Origin: the human T2T-CHM13v2.0 reference genome, Homo sapiens
NCBI RefSeq assembly: GCF_009914755.1
Contig: NC_060938.1
Reading direction: 5' to 3' (one strand)
Length of the DNA stretch: 64,000 nucleotides
Below the pieces are notes generated by a model, which saw only the letters and a program-made list of their open reading frames with translations, searched no databases and had not been told where the DNA came from. The translations under genes and the position numbers were made by a program. Below, piece after piece: positions 44,701 to 60,334 of the stretch (the first letter of the stretch is position 1; each line of letters begins with the position of its first letter).

Positions 44701-45318
44701 CTTGAAATAGGACTGCTAATTGATAGTTATCCTGGAAATTTTGCCTGTCTTTGTGTTGAATCACTAGTTTGGTGTTAAATAATGTGCAGGGACTGGATGC
44801 TTATAACTGTATCCCGTACACTCCAAAAGCCACTTCCCATTTCAAAGACTGGAAACATTTTTTGTTTAAGTGCTAATGATTCTACAAATATTTAATTAGT
44901 CCCCCAACATTTGAGGAAACTACTAATGTCTACTTCCCATGCTGTGGGACCAGAGGGGGCTCTACAGCAGTAATGGCTGAAGTTATTATGAAGTTTTAGG
45001 TAGAAACAAGCAATCTGTGCTTCTCATTACTTTATGCGATTTAGTGATGTAATTACTTCTGATGCAAGTTTGTGTATGATCACTTTTTGTATATATCAAA
45101 TGGAACAGAGCAGTCATGCAGTATATATACCATATTGATCAAAGATGAATTACAGAACACTGAGAAGGGGAAAGAAATCATTGATCTCTCAGCTGATTGT
45201 ATTGCTTCAAGTCAAGAAGAGAAAAATGTGCTGAAACAAATTCACAGATGAACCAAATACAGTCCCAAGGAGAAGGCAGTGTTTTCCTGGAGCTTCCTTG
45301 GAGTGGTCTGTAGCATAG

Positions 45319-45623
<305 letters not shown>

Positions 45624-46149
45624 TAGCATGGCATTTTCTTGAATGTCTTTCCCCAGCTGTATGGTCTTGTCTTAGCAGAGTTAAATTGATATATCAAGAA
45701 ACTAGGTAGAGATTTGGTCATTATCCAGGTCATTGCATTAATGTGCTGATAATTGGGATAATTCTGACCAAAAATATCTATTTAGACTCTCAGTATTCCA
45801 AATGGATCCTCTTGGGGGTGTTTTCAGATGTTTTCCAACAACATTATCTTTGTACATGTTTTATACAACTTTGAGCAATAATGTTTTACTGATACATGAA
45901 GACAGAGGGAAAAACAATATTTTGAATTAATTTATAGCCACAGTTTCATGTGAGGGAGGAAATCATTTAAAAAAATTAAGCAATTTCTTGATGCATATTT
46001 TAGGAAATATAATGAAGTTTCTCACTTAGCTTTTCAGATGATTTTTCTCTCTGATTGGGTTAAATAAAATGTAATTAATTTTCTCCCCACAGGTAGTAGC
46101 ACTTGTGTGTACAGTTTCAGTAGATGACTTTTTTTTTTGGTCCCTGTAG

Positions 46150-46535
46150 CTTTATTTCTTTGAACTTGTTACTGAATTATACACAACCAGACAAATGCAC
46201 AGATCAGGAGTGTACAGCACAAAATGATCACATTTGGGCAACTAGCATCCAAATCAAGAAGCAGAACATTACCAGCCTCTCTTTACAGTCATCATCTTTG
46301 CCCCCAGGATAACCATTATGCTGACTTTTATTGTCATGGTTAGTTTTAAACTGTTTTTGGACTGCATTTAAATGCAATAAAATACACATTTTTTGGTCAT
46401 CTTTAGCTCAGCATAATGTCATGTGATATATCCAAATTGATGTAGGTCGCAATAGGTCTTTTTTCTCTTATTTCTGTGAATGAATATGCCCAGTTTCTTT
46501 ATCCATTTTGTTGGTGGATATTTGGGTAGTTTGAG
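46150..46535 (-). mobile_element. Old L1ME-type 3' fragment
   Basis: 'caaatcaagaagcagaacattaccagc...taaccattatgctgacttt...ggtggatatttgggtagttt'. Confidence 0.7.
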
Positions 46536-46759
46536 GACAGTACATGGTAGGTGACCTTTTGATGGCTCTAAAAAATGTTGAGCACTTTGGGGTTGAAAGC
46601 AGAGTATGGTCTTAAGATTAAAAGAGAAAAAGTAACGTTAGAGGTAAGATGTGAGAGGAAAAAAAGCAATCTTAAGAAAACTTTAAAGGTTCCACTCAGC
46701 CACTGTATCCTAAGGATATAGTTTGGAATATACCAACTAGATATCACCAGATTTCAATT

Positions 46760-46925
46760 GAGAATTGGTAAGAGGAAGGAGGCCTTAGGTGACATCTAGC
46801 CAGCCCCATCATTTTTCAGAGATGGAGGCAGAGGTTGAATGATTCATACAGAGTCTCACAGCTGATGACAGCGCCAGTAGTAGAAGCTGCTCTGACTCTC
46901 AATCTTGTCTCCTCTAGTGCCACAT
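46760..46925 (-). mobile_element. MIR/MIR3 fragment
   Basis: 'ggccttaggtgacatctagcc...tttcagagatggaggcagaggttgaatga...cacagctg'. Confidence 0.65.
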
Positions 46926-46951
46926 GCTTGTTGGAGAGAGAGAAGGCAAGA

Positions 46952-47110
46952 TCAGGGCTACCAACTGTAGCTGTGCAGGTTTTGCCATGCAAGGTGGGTC
47001 TGAAAACCAGCTCCCTACTATGTAGTCCAAGCAAGTGAGTCCATTGGGGGGCTCACTGCCTGGAGGATGGGTGCCCTTTTCTGATTAATGCAAAGGTATT
47101 CTATGGCTCT
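46952..47110. mobile_element. MER91-like hAT-Tip100 MITE
   Basis: 'cagggctaccaactgtagctgtgcaggttttgccatgc...gggtgcccttttct'. Confidence 0.5.
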
Positions 47111-47974
47111 GTTCAGATAGACTCAGATCTGCCCAGAGGAAATGGATCTGTAGCCCAATGAGGCAGAATTTTTCTTCTTTCAGCCTGCTGTACCTCTGCC
47201 CTCCATACAGAGCTCTGTTGGGGCTTGCCTTTTCCCTTTTCTCTCTCTCTCTCTCACTTCTAGGGCTTCCTAATGAGACTTTGGGTTGTAAGTATCAAGT
47301 AGGAGATCTCTTGAGGTCCCTCTTGATTCACTCTTGTTGATCCATAAATGATCTAGGATGGACCCTAATTTCAAAGGACTGCTTTGTCAATATTTTTGGA
47401 ATAATTCATCCTTAAGAAAATGTTTCAAAAATTCAGTTTTTGGACTTCTCCTGCCTTTATGCTTCTCCCTCTTTTCTCCCTTTTTGTGTCTTCCTTCCAC
47501 CCCCATCCAGTTATCGTTTCTTAAAGATCCCTGGAAACATCCAATCTTTGTCTACTGAGAGCAGCAGTGAAATTCTGACGCTAAAATCTGTGGCAGTCTC
47601 CAGGAAGTACTTATTGTAAAACATAAGATTATGATTTCACTGAGAGATCTAACAGATAAAACAAAGTGCTTGCAAAGGAAAACTATTCATGTATACATTT
47701 TCTTTTATGTTTCCCTAAAGAATAAAGGACAGTTTTATTACTTAAGAAAAGACTCAGAGCTTCAGCTTAAGCTCATTAAAAAGGTGAAGAGAAGTTAAAA
47801 TTAGAGAATTTTATAAATATGTGGTATTTATATATCCTACCCGAATAAGATACTGCTTATCACAGCAAAAATTTAGCATATGTAATGTTAACAAGTAAAA
47901 AATATGCTGACCATAGGGCCACAGCTCTGACAAGTTGCTCATGAAATTACTACAGAATAGCGTAATCCGTATTG

Positions 47975-48255
47975 AAGACAGCATAGAAGAGGGATAGTAA
48001 AATATAATGATAGGAATGAGGTCTTCGAGATCAGTTCCCTGGGGCCCAAATCCAGACTCCAGTATTCTCCCATGTGTAACCTTGGGGAAGTTACTTAACT
48101 CTCTACACCTCTTTTTCCTCATCAGTAAAGTGGGAGATAGTTATAATAGCTATCCCACAGGATTGTTCTTATTTTTAAGTGAAATGGTACGTGTAAAACA
48201 AATGGCATGGTCTTTGATATATAATAAACGTCTTACGTGATGTTAGCTATTGCTG
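47975..48255 (+). mobile_element. MIR SINE
   Basis: 'tgtgtaaccttggggaagttacttaactctct...tttcctcatcagtaaagtggg'. Confidence 0.85.
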
Positions 48256-49439
48256 CTTAAGACAAAAAGAAGTGATGTATAAAAGGACTTATAGTTTTAT
48301 TGGAGGTTCCCAAGCCTTCATTTATAAGCATTTCATGAGATTTAACTTTGTTTTTTGATGGCATTAAGCAGGCAACAAAACCTAGTATTTCTCAGTTACA
48401 GATACTGGCAAGTCTGTGTTGCTGCAGTAGGAGCAGCTGGCCTGTTGCACTGATTACTAATTGATCGAGTTATTTTTCTTAATTCTCTTCTAATTTCCAG
48501 CCGTCTCAGTCCTTCAGCTTCTGTCTGCTAGATAACTGTTTCTTTCCATATGTCAAAAAAGCCAGCCTGCAGATTTTTAAAATTCTCCTTACGGTGACTG
48601 ATGTTGTGCAAAGTTCTTTTAAAGAGTACCACTGACTGGCCCATGTCTTTTGCTCATGTTCCCTGTATGGCTTCATGTGAGTACTTCTGAAGAAAGCCAC
48701 TATTATTGATATAAAGCAGTTCTTTATTCCCAACCCCTAACCATTGGCACAGTTTATATAATGTGGGTCAGAACCATTTGTGATTTTCTGTTATGAGGGC
48801 CAGAGTTTGAGATTTTAAACCATTCATTCAAAGAAACTTAAGAAAGACACAGTTAAACACCTTAGAAAGATACATTTTCATCTAACTAGCCTAATTACGA
48901 GCTCAGCTAAAAAAGGTACAGGATCCTCTAGAAGAATCGTGCTGTATCATTCTGATCTGTTTGTTAAAGGGCGGGGGACCTAGTCCAGATAACCCAGTTC
49001 CCCGTTTTGATTGTGTGTGTAAAATCTTGAGCTTAGTAAACTTAGCACTTTAAAAATGTTCACTAAGTCCATCAAAAGCCAGGTTTTATGTCTTTATGAA
49101 GTATTCAGGACTGTGCTGAATACTTTGTGCAATTTCTGTCAATGTGTTTCATGTCTAGTTGGGGGAACAAAATACATGTGTTTGAAAAGATATTAGATGT
49201 TTCCAGATGAGTGTGAAGTTGAGCTTTCGTTTTAGGGTCCAAAATCAAGGATGGTCACATAGGATGTTCCCAGCCTTCCTGGGGCCACTGGATTTATACT
49301 GGTTAGTGAAGTCAGGCTAAGATTTTTCTATCCTTCAAGCCCATAGAAAAGGGGCTTTTCTAGTAGCAACAGAATGTGCAAGATCTGGTAAAAATCTCAA
49401 ATATTAAAAGACAACTATGAAATTAAAATTATTAAATGT

Positions 49440-50715
49440 TTAAATTCATGCATTCAATATAATGTATGCCTAGGATATGCCAGGCACTGGTCTAGGTCTG
49501 AGAGATGTCAGTGAATAAAATAAAGGAAAAAAAAAAAAAAAAAAATTCTGCCTTCGTGGACCTTATATTCTATTAGGAGGCAATCAGCATAAGAAAATAA
49601 GTGTTGTAGTATTTTGGAAGGTAATAAGCCTGATGGGAAAAAGAAAAAGTAGAGCAGGCTAAGGGACAGTAGGAGTGCTGGGGGAGGGAGGCAGGGACTT
49701 TGCGATTTGGTGGAGTATAGTCAAGGTAGGCCTCACTGAGAAGAGGGCTTGAAGGAGGAAGAGAGCCACACAGAGCTAGCTGGGGGAAAAGTGTTGCAGC
49801 AGAGGGACTAGTGAAGGCATCAGGCGGAAGCATGCCTGATGTGTTCCAGGAGCAGGGAGAAGGCCACAGTGGTGGAGCACTGAGAGCAGGGAGAGAAGGA
49901 GTAGTAGATAAGGTTAGAGATGTTTGGAGAGCACATGTTTGGCTTGTGTGGACTGTATTCAGGACTTGACTGTGAGTGGAATGGGGAGCCAGGTTTTGTG
50001 CAGAGGAGTGAGAGGATTTGATTTGCATTTTAGTAGAATCACTGGTTGCTGTAGGAATCTGGAATTTAGGGAAGAGGTCTAAGTTGGAGATACAAATTTG
50101 GAAGTTGCCAACAGAATTTGGGTGAGATCACTTGGGGAATATGTGTAGTCAGAGAAACAGGCTTATGGACCAAGCCTTGGGGCATATCAGTATTTACAGT
50201 TTGTAGAGAGAAGAAGAAATCACACACATAATCCAAGAAGTGTTTTAAGCCAAAGTAATTATGCACGTTTTTCCAACATAGTGAACCCAATTAAGTGTCT
50301 CCATTCCTTGAGTAACAATGTTATCACTAGAAGATATTGTGAACTCTATTGATCTACACAATGGAAGAATGAACTATGAGTTGTTTTTCTAATTGCGTTG
50401 ATGGTCTTGGGCTAAACCTGGATGCTTCATCTTTTAGAGGTTGTGTTGATAAGGAGGAATCAGTAAAAGAAAATTAAAAAGGAGCAAGCAGAGGATAGGA
50501 AGAAAATTAGAAAAATGTCCTTGTAGTCAAAGAAAATATCTCCAGCAGAAGAGTGGATCAGTTAGCTCACATGTTGCTGAGAAGTCAAGCAGGGTGAAGA
50601 CTGAGAGTTGCTCATTGGATTTAGCAACCTGGGGAGTCATTGGTGATGATGACAAGAGCTGTGTCACTGGAGAAGTGGAGATGAAAACCTTATTGGAGTG
50701 GGTTCAAAGAGAATA
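49440..50715 (-). mobile_element. L2a fragments (~49440-50225 and ~50405-50715)
   Basis: L2 3' end 'ttcatgcattcaa...gccaggcactggtctagg', 'aggcctcactgagaag', 'tgctgagaagtcaagcagggtgaagactgag...ttggatttagcaac'. Confidence 0.85.
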
Positions 50716-51104
50716 AAAAATTTATGAAAGATAACTATTACTTGTAATTCAGTTTTGTATATTACAAATATTCAATATTGATGTGGGTACATTTTAATAT
50801 GCCTGGTAGGATGTGCAGTGGGACTTTGGAAATGGGAATGTTGGAGGCCGTGCATATCTTCAGCAGGCTTTGTCAGGGTTAGGGAGCCTTTGAGCTTTTC
50901 CCTAGTTATTATTGGTAGGGGTAGGGCTCTAGTATATAGATTGTAGTTTGTATATTTTGAAATAGAGAAACGGTTCTATGCAGTTTTTTAGTTCTTTGTT
51001 AAATGTCTTTGGATGAGAACTATATCTTGAAAATACTCATACTTTGTTTAAAGACTTTTTCATTTCTAGTAAAGATGTGTTCTTTAATTCAATCTATTGA
51101 TCCT

Positions 51105-52975
51105 TGTCTTAGATTGTTTTTTGATACTATAATGGAGTACCACACATAAGGTATTCTGTCCATAAAGAATGGAAGTTTACTATTGACATTCTTTACAGAA
51201 CTAGAAAAAAACTATTTACAAATTCACATGGGACCAAAAAAAAAAGCTTGAATAGCCAAGGCAATCCTAAGCAAAAAGAACAAAGCTGGAGGCAACATGG
51301 TACCATCTTCAAATTATTAGAGCAACAGTGACCAAAACAGCATGATACTGGTACAAAAACAGACACATAGAGCAGTGGAACAGAATAGAGAGCCCAGAAA
51401 TAAGGCCACACACCTGCAGCTGTCTGATTTGTGACAAACCTGACAAAACAAGCAATGGGGAAAGAATTCCCTATGCATTGAATGGTGCTGGGATAATTGG
51501 CTAGCCATATACACAAGATTGAAATTGGACTGCCTCCTTATACCATATACAAAAATTAACTCAAAATGGATTAAAAGCTTAAATGTAAAGCCCCAAACTA
51601 AAAACCCTGGAAGACAACCTAGGCAATACCGTTCTGGACATAAAAATGGCAAACATTTACTGATGAAGACAGCAAAAGCAATTGCAACAAAGGCAAAAAT
51701 GGACAAATGGGATCTAATTAAAGTAAACAGCAAAGGAAACTGTCAACAGAGTGAACAGACAACCTACAGAATGGAAGAAAATATTTGCAAAGTATGTACT
51801 GACAAAGGTCTAATATGCAGCATCTATAAGGAACTTAAATTTACTAGAAAAAAAATCCATTAAAATGTGGGCAAATGACATGAACAGACACTTGAAAAGA
51901 AGACATGGATGCAGCAAACAATCATATGAAAAAAAAGCTTGTCATTGATACTGGAGAAAGCAAATCAAAACCACAGCGAGATACCATCTCACACCAGTCA
52001 GAATGGCTATTAAAATGTTAAAAAAATAACAGATGCTGGCAAGGTTGTGGAGGAAAAGGAATGCTTATACACTGTTTGTGGGAGTGTAAATTAGTTCAAC
52101 CATTGTGGAAGACAGTGTGGTGATTCCTCAAAGACCTAAAAACAGAAATACAGTTAGACTCAGCAATCCCTACTGGGTATATACCCAAAGGAATATAAAT
52201 CATTCTATTACAAAGACACATGCATGCATATGTTCATTGCTACACTATTCACAATAGCAAAGACATAGAATCAAGCTAAATGCCTATCAGTGGTAGACTG
52301 GATAAAGAAAATGTGGTACATATATATCATGGAATACTATGTTGCCATAAAAAAGAATGCGATCATGTCCTTTGCGGTAACATGGATGGAGCTGGAGGCC
52401 ATTAATCCTCAGCAAACTAATGCAGAAACAGAAATACTGCATGTTCTCACTTATGTGGGAGCTTAATGATGAGGACACATGGACACATAGAGGGGACATA
52501 CACTGGGGCTTACCAGAGGATGGAGGTTGGGAGGAGGGAGAGGATCAGGAAAAATAATTAATGGCTTAATACCTGGGTGACAAAATAATCTGTACAGCAA
52601 ACCCCCATGACACAAGTTTATCTATATAACAAACCTGTACTCATACCCTTGAATTTAAAATAAAAGTTAAATTTTAAAAAAAGGAAGTTCATTTAGCTTA
52701 TGGTTTGGGGGCCCTGAAGTCCAAGAGCACGGCACCAGCATCTGGCCCAGGTCATCCCATGGTGGAATGCGGAAGCAAGGGCAAGACAGAAAGCACAAGG
52801 GGCTGGACTAGTTTTTATAACAACCTGCTCTTGTGATAACTACGTTAATCCACTCATAAGGACTTGACCCTTATGACTCAGTCACCTCTTGTTAGGCCCC
52901 ATCTCCCAATGCTATTGCATCGGGGATTAAGTTTCCAACACATGAACTTTTGGGGGACACATTCAAACCATAGCA
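51105..52975 (-). mobile_element. MST-family MaLR solo LTR split by an L1 insertion (pieces 51105-51178, 52683-52975)
   Basis: Termini 'tgtcttag...' and '...gggggacacattcaaaccatagca'; 5-bp TSD (a/g)tcct. Confidence 0.85.
51179..52682 (+). mobile_element. 5'-truncated L1PA (L1PA13-16-like), ~1.5 kb of ORF2 C-terminus plus 3'UTR, disrupted
   Basis: ORF2 peptides 'PYTKINSKWIKSLNVKP', 'AKAIATKAKMDKWDLIK'; 3'UTR, A-tail, and TSD-like ggaagtt on both sides. Confidence 0.92.
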
Positions 52976-53970
52976 GTCCTTTTTCATGAAAGGTGAGACA
53001 TGTGCTTTGAGGTGGCTTCTTTTTCAGCAATGGTGATAGGTTTGATCTGACTAGGCCACACAGCATAGTGCCCCACTGGCCTGGAAGCCATCATTCACAG
53101 AGTAGATGGCTCAGGTTAGTGAATCCCAAGAGCCAGAGCAAATTGAGTAATAGAAAAATTGCCTCGTTAAAATTTTAAATACCTTGTTGATGACTTTCAT
53201 CATGAAGTGTTATTTCAAAGCATGTGATTAAGCAATTTTCATAGTTCTGTATTTTATAATTATACACCAAGAATTTTCTCTTCTGGGAACTACCTTTGAA
53301 TTTTGCTAACTGTCTGTAATACTGTCATCAAAATGAATCAACAGGTGTCTGATACTAATTATCTTCTCTTTCTCTAAGCTTATTAAAATGCTAACACATA
53401 GGCCTTTAATGCATACGTATTGTTTTTGGATAGTTAGAAGCTCAGAGTGGTTGGTAGAATGAAAACTTTGTTACATATATTTTAGTGTTTGGTAATACCA
53501 AAGTATAGTATTAGTCTTTAGAAAGTTGCTAATTTAGAAAATGCCGGAAAGGGCGAAGACTTTCCTTTGCAGTGGATTAGGGCACAAGGTTTTTGAGAAG
53601 TGGAGCTCTGGTGATTATATGTGTGTTTCCAGTGGGTTGTGGTATATGCATATAATGTCAGCATTCTCTTAGGTACTGCTTTGCCAGCACTGTTTTATTC
53701 GCATCATTTTGAATGTTTTTTTCAGCTGAAACTTGTAAGTTACTCTACAGTTAGTTAAGTTACAGTACAGTTAGTTAGAATGTAATTGGCTTGGAACAAA
53801 TACACGAGGCCAATGTGGAATAATTTCGCAGTGCTGGGGATTTTACATTGTAGATACTGGAGTATGCAGAGGTATAAAACTGAGCAAGTTTTGAAATAAA
53901 TCTTATGTCACTTGTCAGTGACTACAGAATAAAGTCCAGATCTCTTAGGGTGGAATTCATCATGCCAGCC

Positions 53971-54309
53971 CAGAGTTGCAAGCCTGTGGCCCACCAACAA
54001 GTTTGGCTGCAGACATGTTTTGGCTTTTAACATAGTTATTTGCCAACATTTAAAAATAGAGAAATTTTACATTAAAAAAATTGCATTTTATACCTTCTCT
54101 TGAAAAATTTGAAGGCCTGGCAAGGTCTGTTGTAGCAACATAACAGCTTCCCCCTTTATACGGGGTGTGTGCTCTGTAGTCTCCCACAGTCCCTGGCAGA
54201 GACTCTCTTGTCCTCAACATTGGGACCAAGCTGTTGTAGGCATTTTTCATCCTGCAGGCTTCACTTCTTTGCTCCTGCCCTTGTAGGCATGTGAGTTTGC
54301 TAACCTTGT
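53971..54309. mobile_element. MER102-like hAT-Charlie element
   Basis: 'ttgccaacatttaaaaatagagaaattttaca...cttctcttgaaaaa...ctggcaa', 3' end 'gcatgtgagtttgctaacc'. Confidence 0.75.
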
Positions 54310-54580
54310 GTTTAGATACTTATTTTTTTTTCTCAGAGTTCCTTAAATCTAGCCAAATTGTTCTTCCCATTGTCCTGTCTAATGCGTACACACTTCGTCT
54401 ACCTCATGTTTCTGCTTCTGGCTTCTCCTTCCGCTGCGTCCGAGCTGCATGTTGCTCATGTCACATCATTGGAACTTAGCACATTTCTAGCTCCCCAGCT
54501 GTACTAGTTTCTTGAAGACAAAGACTGTTTAATTTACTAACACCTATCAAATTTATTTTAGATCTTCTGGGTTAACTATT

Positions 54581-54937
54581 TGCTAATGGTTTGGCTGCGT
54601 CCCCACCCAAATCTCATCTTGAATTTAACTCCAAGAATTCCCATGTGTTGTGGAAGGAACTTAGTGGGAGGTAATTGAATCATGGCGGTGTGTCTTTCCC
54701 GTGCTGTTCTCGTGATAATGATTAAGTCTCACAAGATCTAGTGGTTTTAAAAATGGGAGTTTCCCTGCACAAGCCCTCTTCTCGTCTGCCGCCATATGAG
54801 TTGTGCCTTTCACCTTCTGCCATGATTGTGAGGCCTCCCCAGCCACGTGGAACTGTAAGTCCAATAAACCTCTTCCTTTTGTAAATTGCTGAGTCTCAGG
54901 TATGTCTTTATCAGCAGCATGAAAATGGACTAATACT
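54581..54937 (+). mobile_element. THE1B-like MaLR solo LTR, sense to the host gene
   Basis: 'atggtttggctgcgtccccacccaaatctcatcttgaatt...gcagcatgaaaatggactaatac'; perfect 5-bp TSD ctatt (54576-80, 54938-42). Confidence 0.92.
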
Positions 54938-55766
54938 CTATTGTTAGATTTAGCTTCCAGTGGGTGGTAATCTATGATTATAGTGACACCTGTAGAAGAA
55001 GTAGAACGTAATCAAAATCTTATGTGAAATCTACTTCCTCAAATAGTGCTTTCTTAATTTACTATGCCATTTCCTTTGTAGCTTTGTTAGTAACATTTAT
55101 ATAATCCATTTGAGTATGAATTCACTAAACACCTCATTTATTGCCATTTCCCTAGTTCTGTCACATAGATGGATGATGCTTCCAGATGAATGCGTCATTA
55201 CTATGTGCCGTTTTATTATTTTAGATATGCTTCTTCCTAATGACTAATATTGTTTTAAATGTCTTATCTTTTTATTCATTTGGTAAATAGTATGTCTGTG
55301 ATATTACTGTGATACCTTCCCTTTTGAAGCTTTTACTTTTTAGCAGGAAATTCAGATTTAAATAATGGAGTACATAATGATTTAATTTCAAAAAGTGTTA
55401 TTAAGAAGTAGAGGTGCTGTGAGACTTCGGGGCAGTCTGATCTGGTCTAGGAGTGGGGACTGAAGTGGGAATTGCAACAGGACTGAATTCTGAATTCCTT
55501 AACTTTCTCATATATATTCCATGGCAGTTTGTAAAGTAATTGGAATGTAAAAATTTAACCTTACAAACAAAAAGATAATTTTGTAACAAAATAATAGTTA
55601 AAAAGTTTTTTCCCTGAGAACTTAACTTGGCTGTTGTCATTGCGTTAGTGATAAACAAAATTATGATTTATAGCTCTAGAATTTATTGTTTGGTACCTGA
55701 GTTGAACTCTGTTTAAATAAGTAAACAAAGGACAAATGGGGAATTAGGCTAGAAATTTCAGATATT

Positions 55767-56070
55767 AGCCTGGCACAGTGGCTCACACCTGTATTCCCAA
55801 CACCTCAGGAGGCTGAGGCAAGCGCTTTGCTGGAGCCCCGAAGTTTGAGACCAGCTTGGGCAACATGATGAAACTCTGTCTCTACAAAAAATACAAAAGT
55901 TAATTGGGTGTGGTGATGCGTGCCTGTGGTCCCAGCACTCTGGAGATTGAGGCGGGAGGATTGCTTGAGCCTGGAAGGTCAAGGCTGCAGTGACCTGTGA
56001 TCATGCCATTGTACTCCAGCCTGTCCAGCCTGGGTGACAGAGCAAGATCCTGTCTCAAAGAAAAAAAAAA
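55767..56070 (+). mobile_element. AluJ
   Basis: Dimer with AluJ right arm; microduplication tccagcctg x2. Confidence 0.9.
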
Positions 56071-57197
56071 TCAGATGTGAATAGCTTACAAAAACAACTT
56101 TTATTTTATGAAACTATAATTATTTCAAAGGTATTTGTAATGAGGAATTTTCTCATGGCTTTCAGAAATAGGATATAAAAAATAAACTTAGTAATCCCCC
56201 AACAGTTACTAGTGGATAGCACCTTTATTTAATACTTGCAAGCCCATAACTGAAAAATTAATACTTTATTGGTCGGAAGAATGAAGTAATATGGTATCCT
56301 GAAAAAAACTCGGCAGTGAATTTACTGACATGTGTGACCCAAAATATAGAGTGGAATTTTGTGTGGTTGCGTATGTTTTATCGCAACAATCAGAAATGTT
56401 TTATGTATTTTCTTCCAAAGAAAATAGAATTCTATACTTAACCCATCTAAATATAGTGGTAAAGTTAATTTTTTGCATAGTTTAGTGACATACTGAAACA
56501 AAGGTCAGCTGCAGTGGTGCCATTTCTGAAATCTCTTTTGAGGAACTCACGTTACTTACAATTATAGAAGGAGATTCAGAAAAATTGACATGTTTAAGGG
56601 TTTTACTTCAAAGAAACCCAAGATTTTCAAGTGTAATATTAAGGATATTTAAGGAAATTAAAATCAGGAACAGTTTTTAATAAATGTTATCTCATCTAGA
56701 ATTTAAAATAAATTCTAATTAAATCTTAAAAGTAAAATCTTTTAAAACTCAAATACTGATTTTCTGAACCCTCATTCATTTTAAATCTGTGAAAGGATGT
56801 TGAGAGCTAATGGTTTGTAATTGACTAAATTATTTGCTTCTACAGGTGCCTAGAGAAATGTAAAGAGAAATTTTCATGAAATATAAGTTGTAGAGTAAAA
56901 CCTAGCAGGGAAAGCTAATTGAAGTTATCTAATTTATAAAACAACATTTGCTTTAATTACTGCCTTACATATTCTTGAACTAGGCTCATGTTGCTGATGA
57001 GTAAATTTTCAGGAAATTTTTAATCAGTATATTATAGATACAGGGTCTAAATTAATTCACATTATCAGTCATTTGTTCAGAGCAGCTGTTACCCTGAAAA
57101 ATACTCTATTAATTTATAGAACTGGTTAGGAAAGGGATATGAAAGTAAAGGTGTTTTGAAATGATTACATATTATACATTTAAGGGTAAGATACTAA

Positions 57198-60334
<3,137 letters not shown>

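Noticed and set aside
45030-45240. Box C/D-like words and a protein-looking 38-codon frame (LIKDELQNTEKGK...)
   Set aside because: Imperfect box C, spacing too short, no terminal stem; the peptide is short and unrecognised
51193-52499. ORFs with reverse-transcriptase-element similarity
   Set aside because: Fragments of a truncated, frameshifted L1 ORF2, not a functional gene
56826-56910. Acceptor-like site 'tttgcttctacag|gtgcc' (similar site at ~46092)
   Set aside because: No convincing partner donor or coding frame; such sites are common in introns
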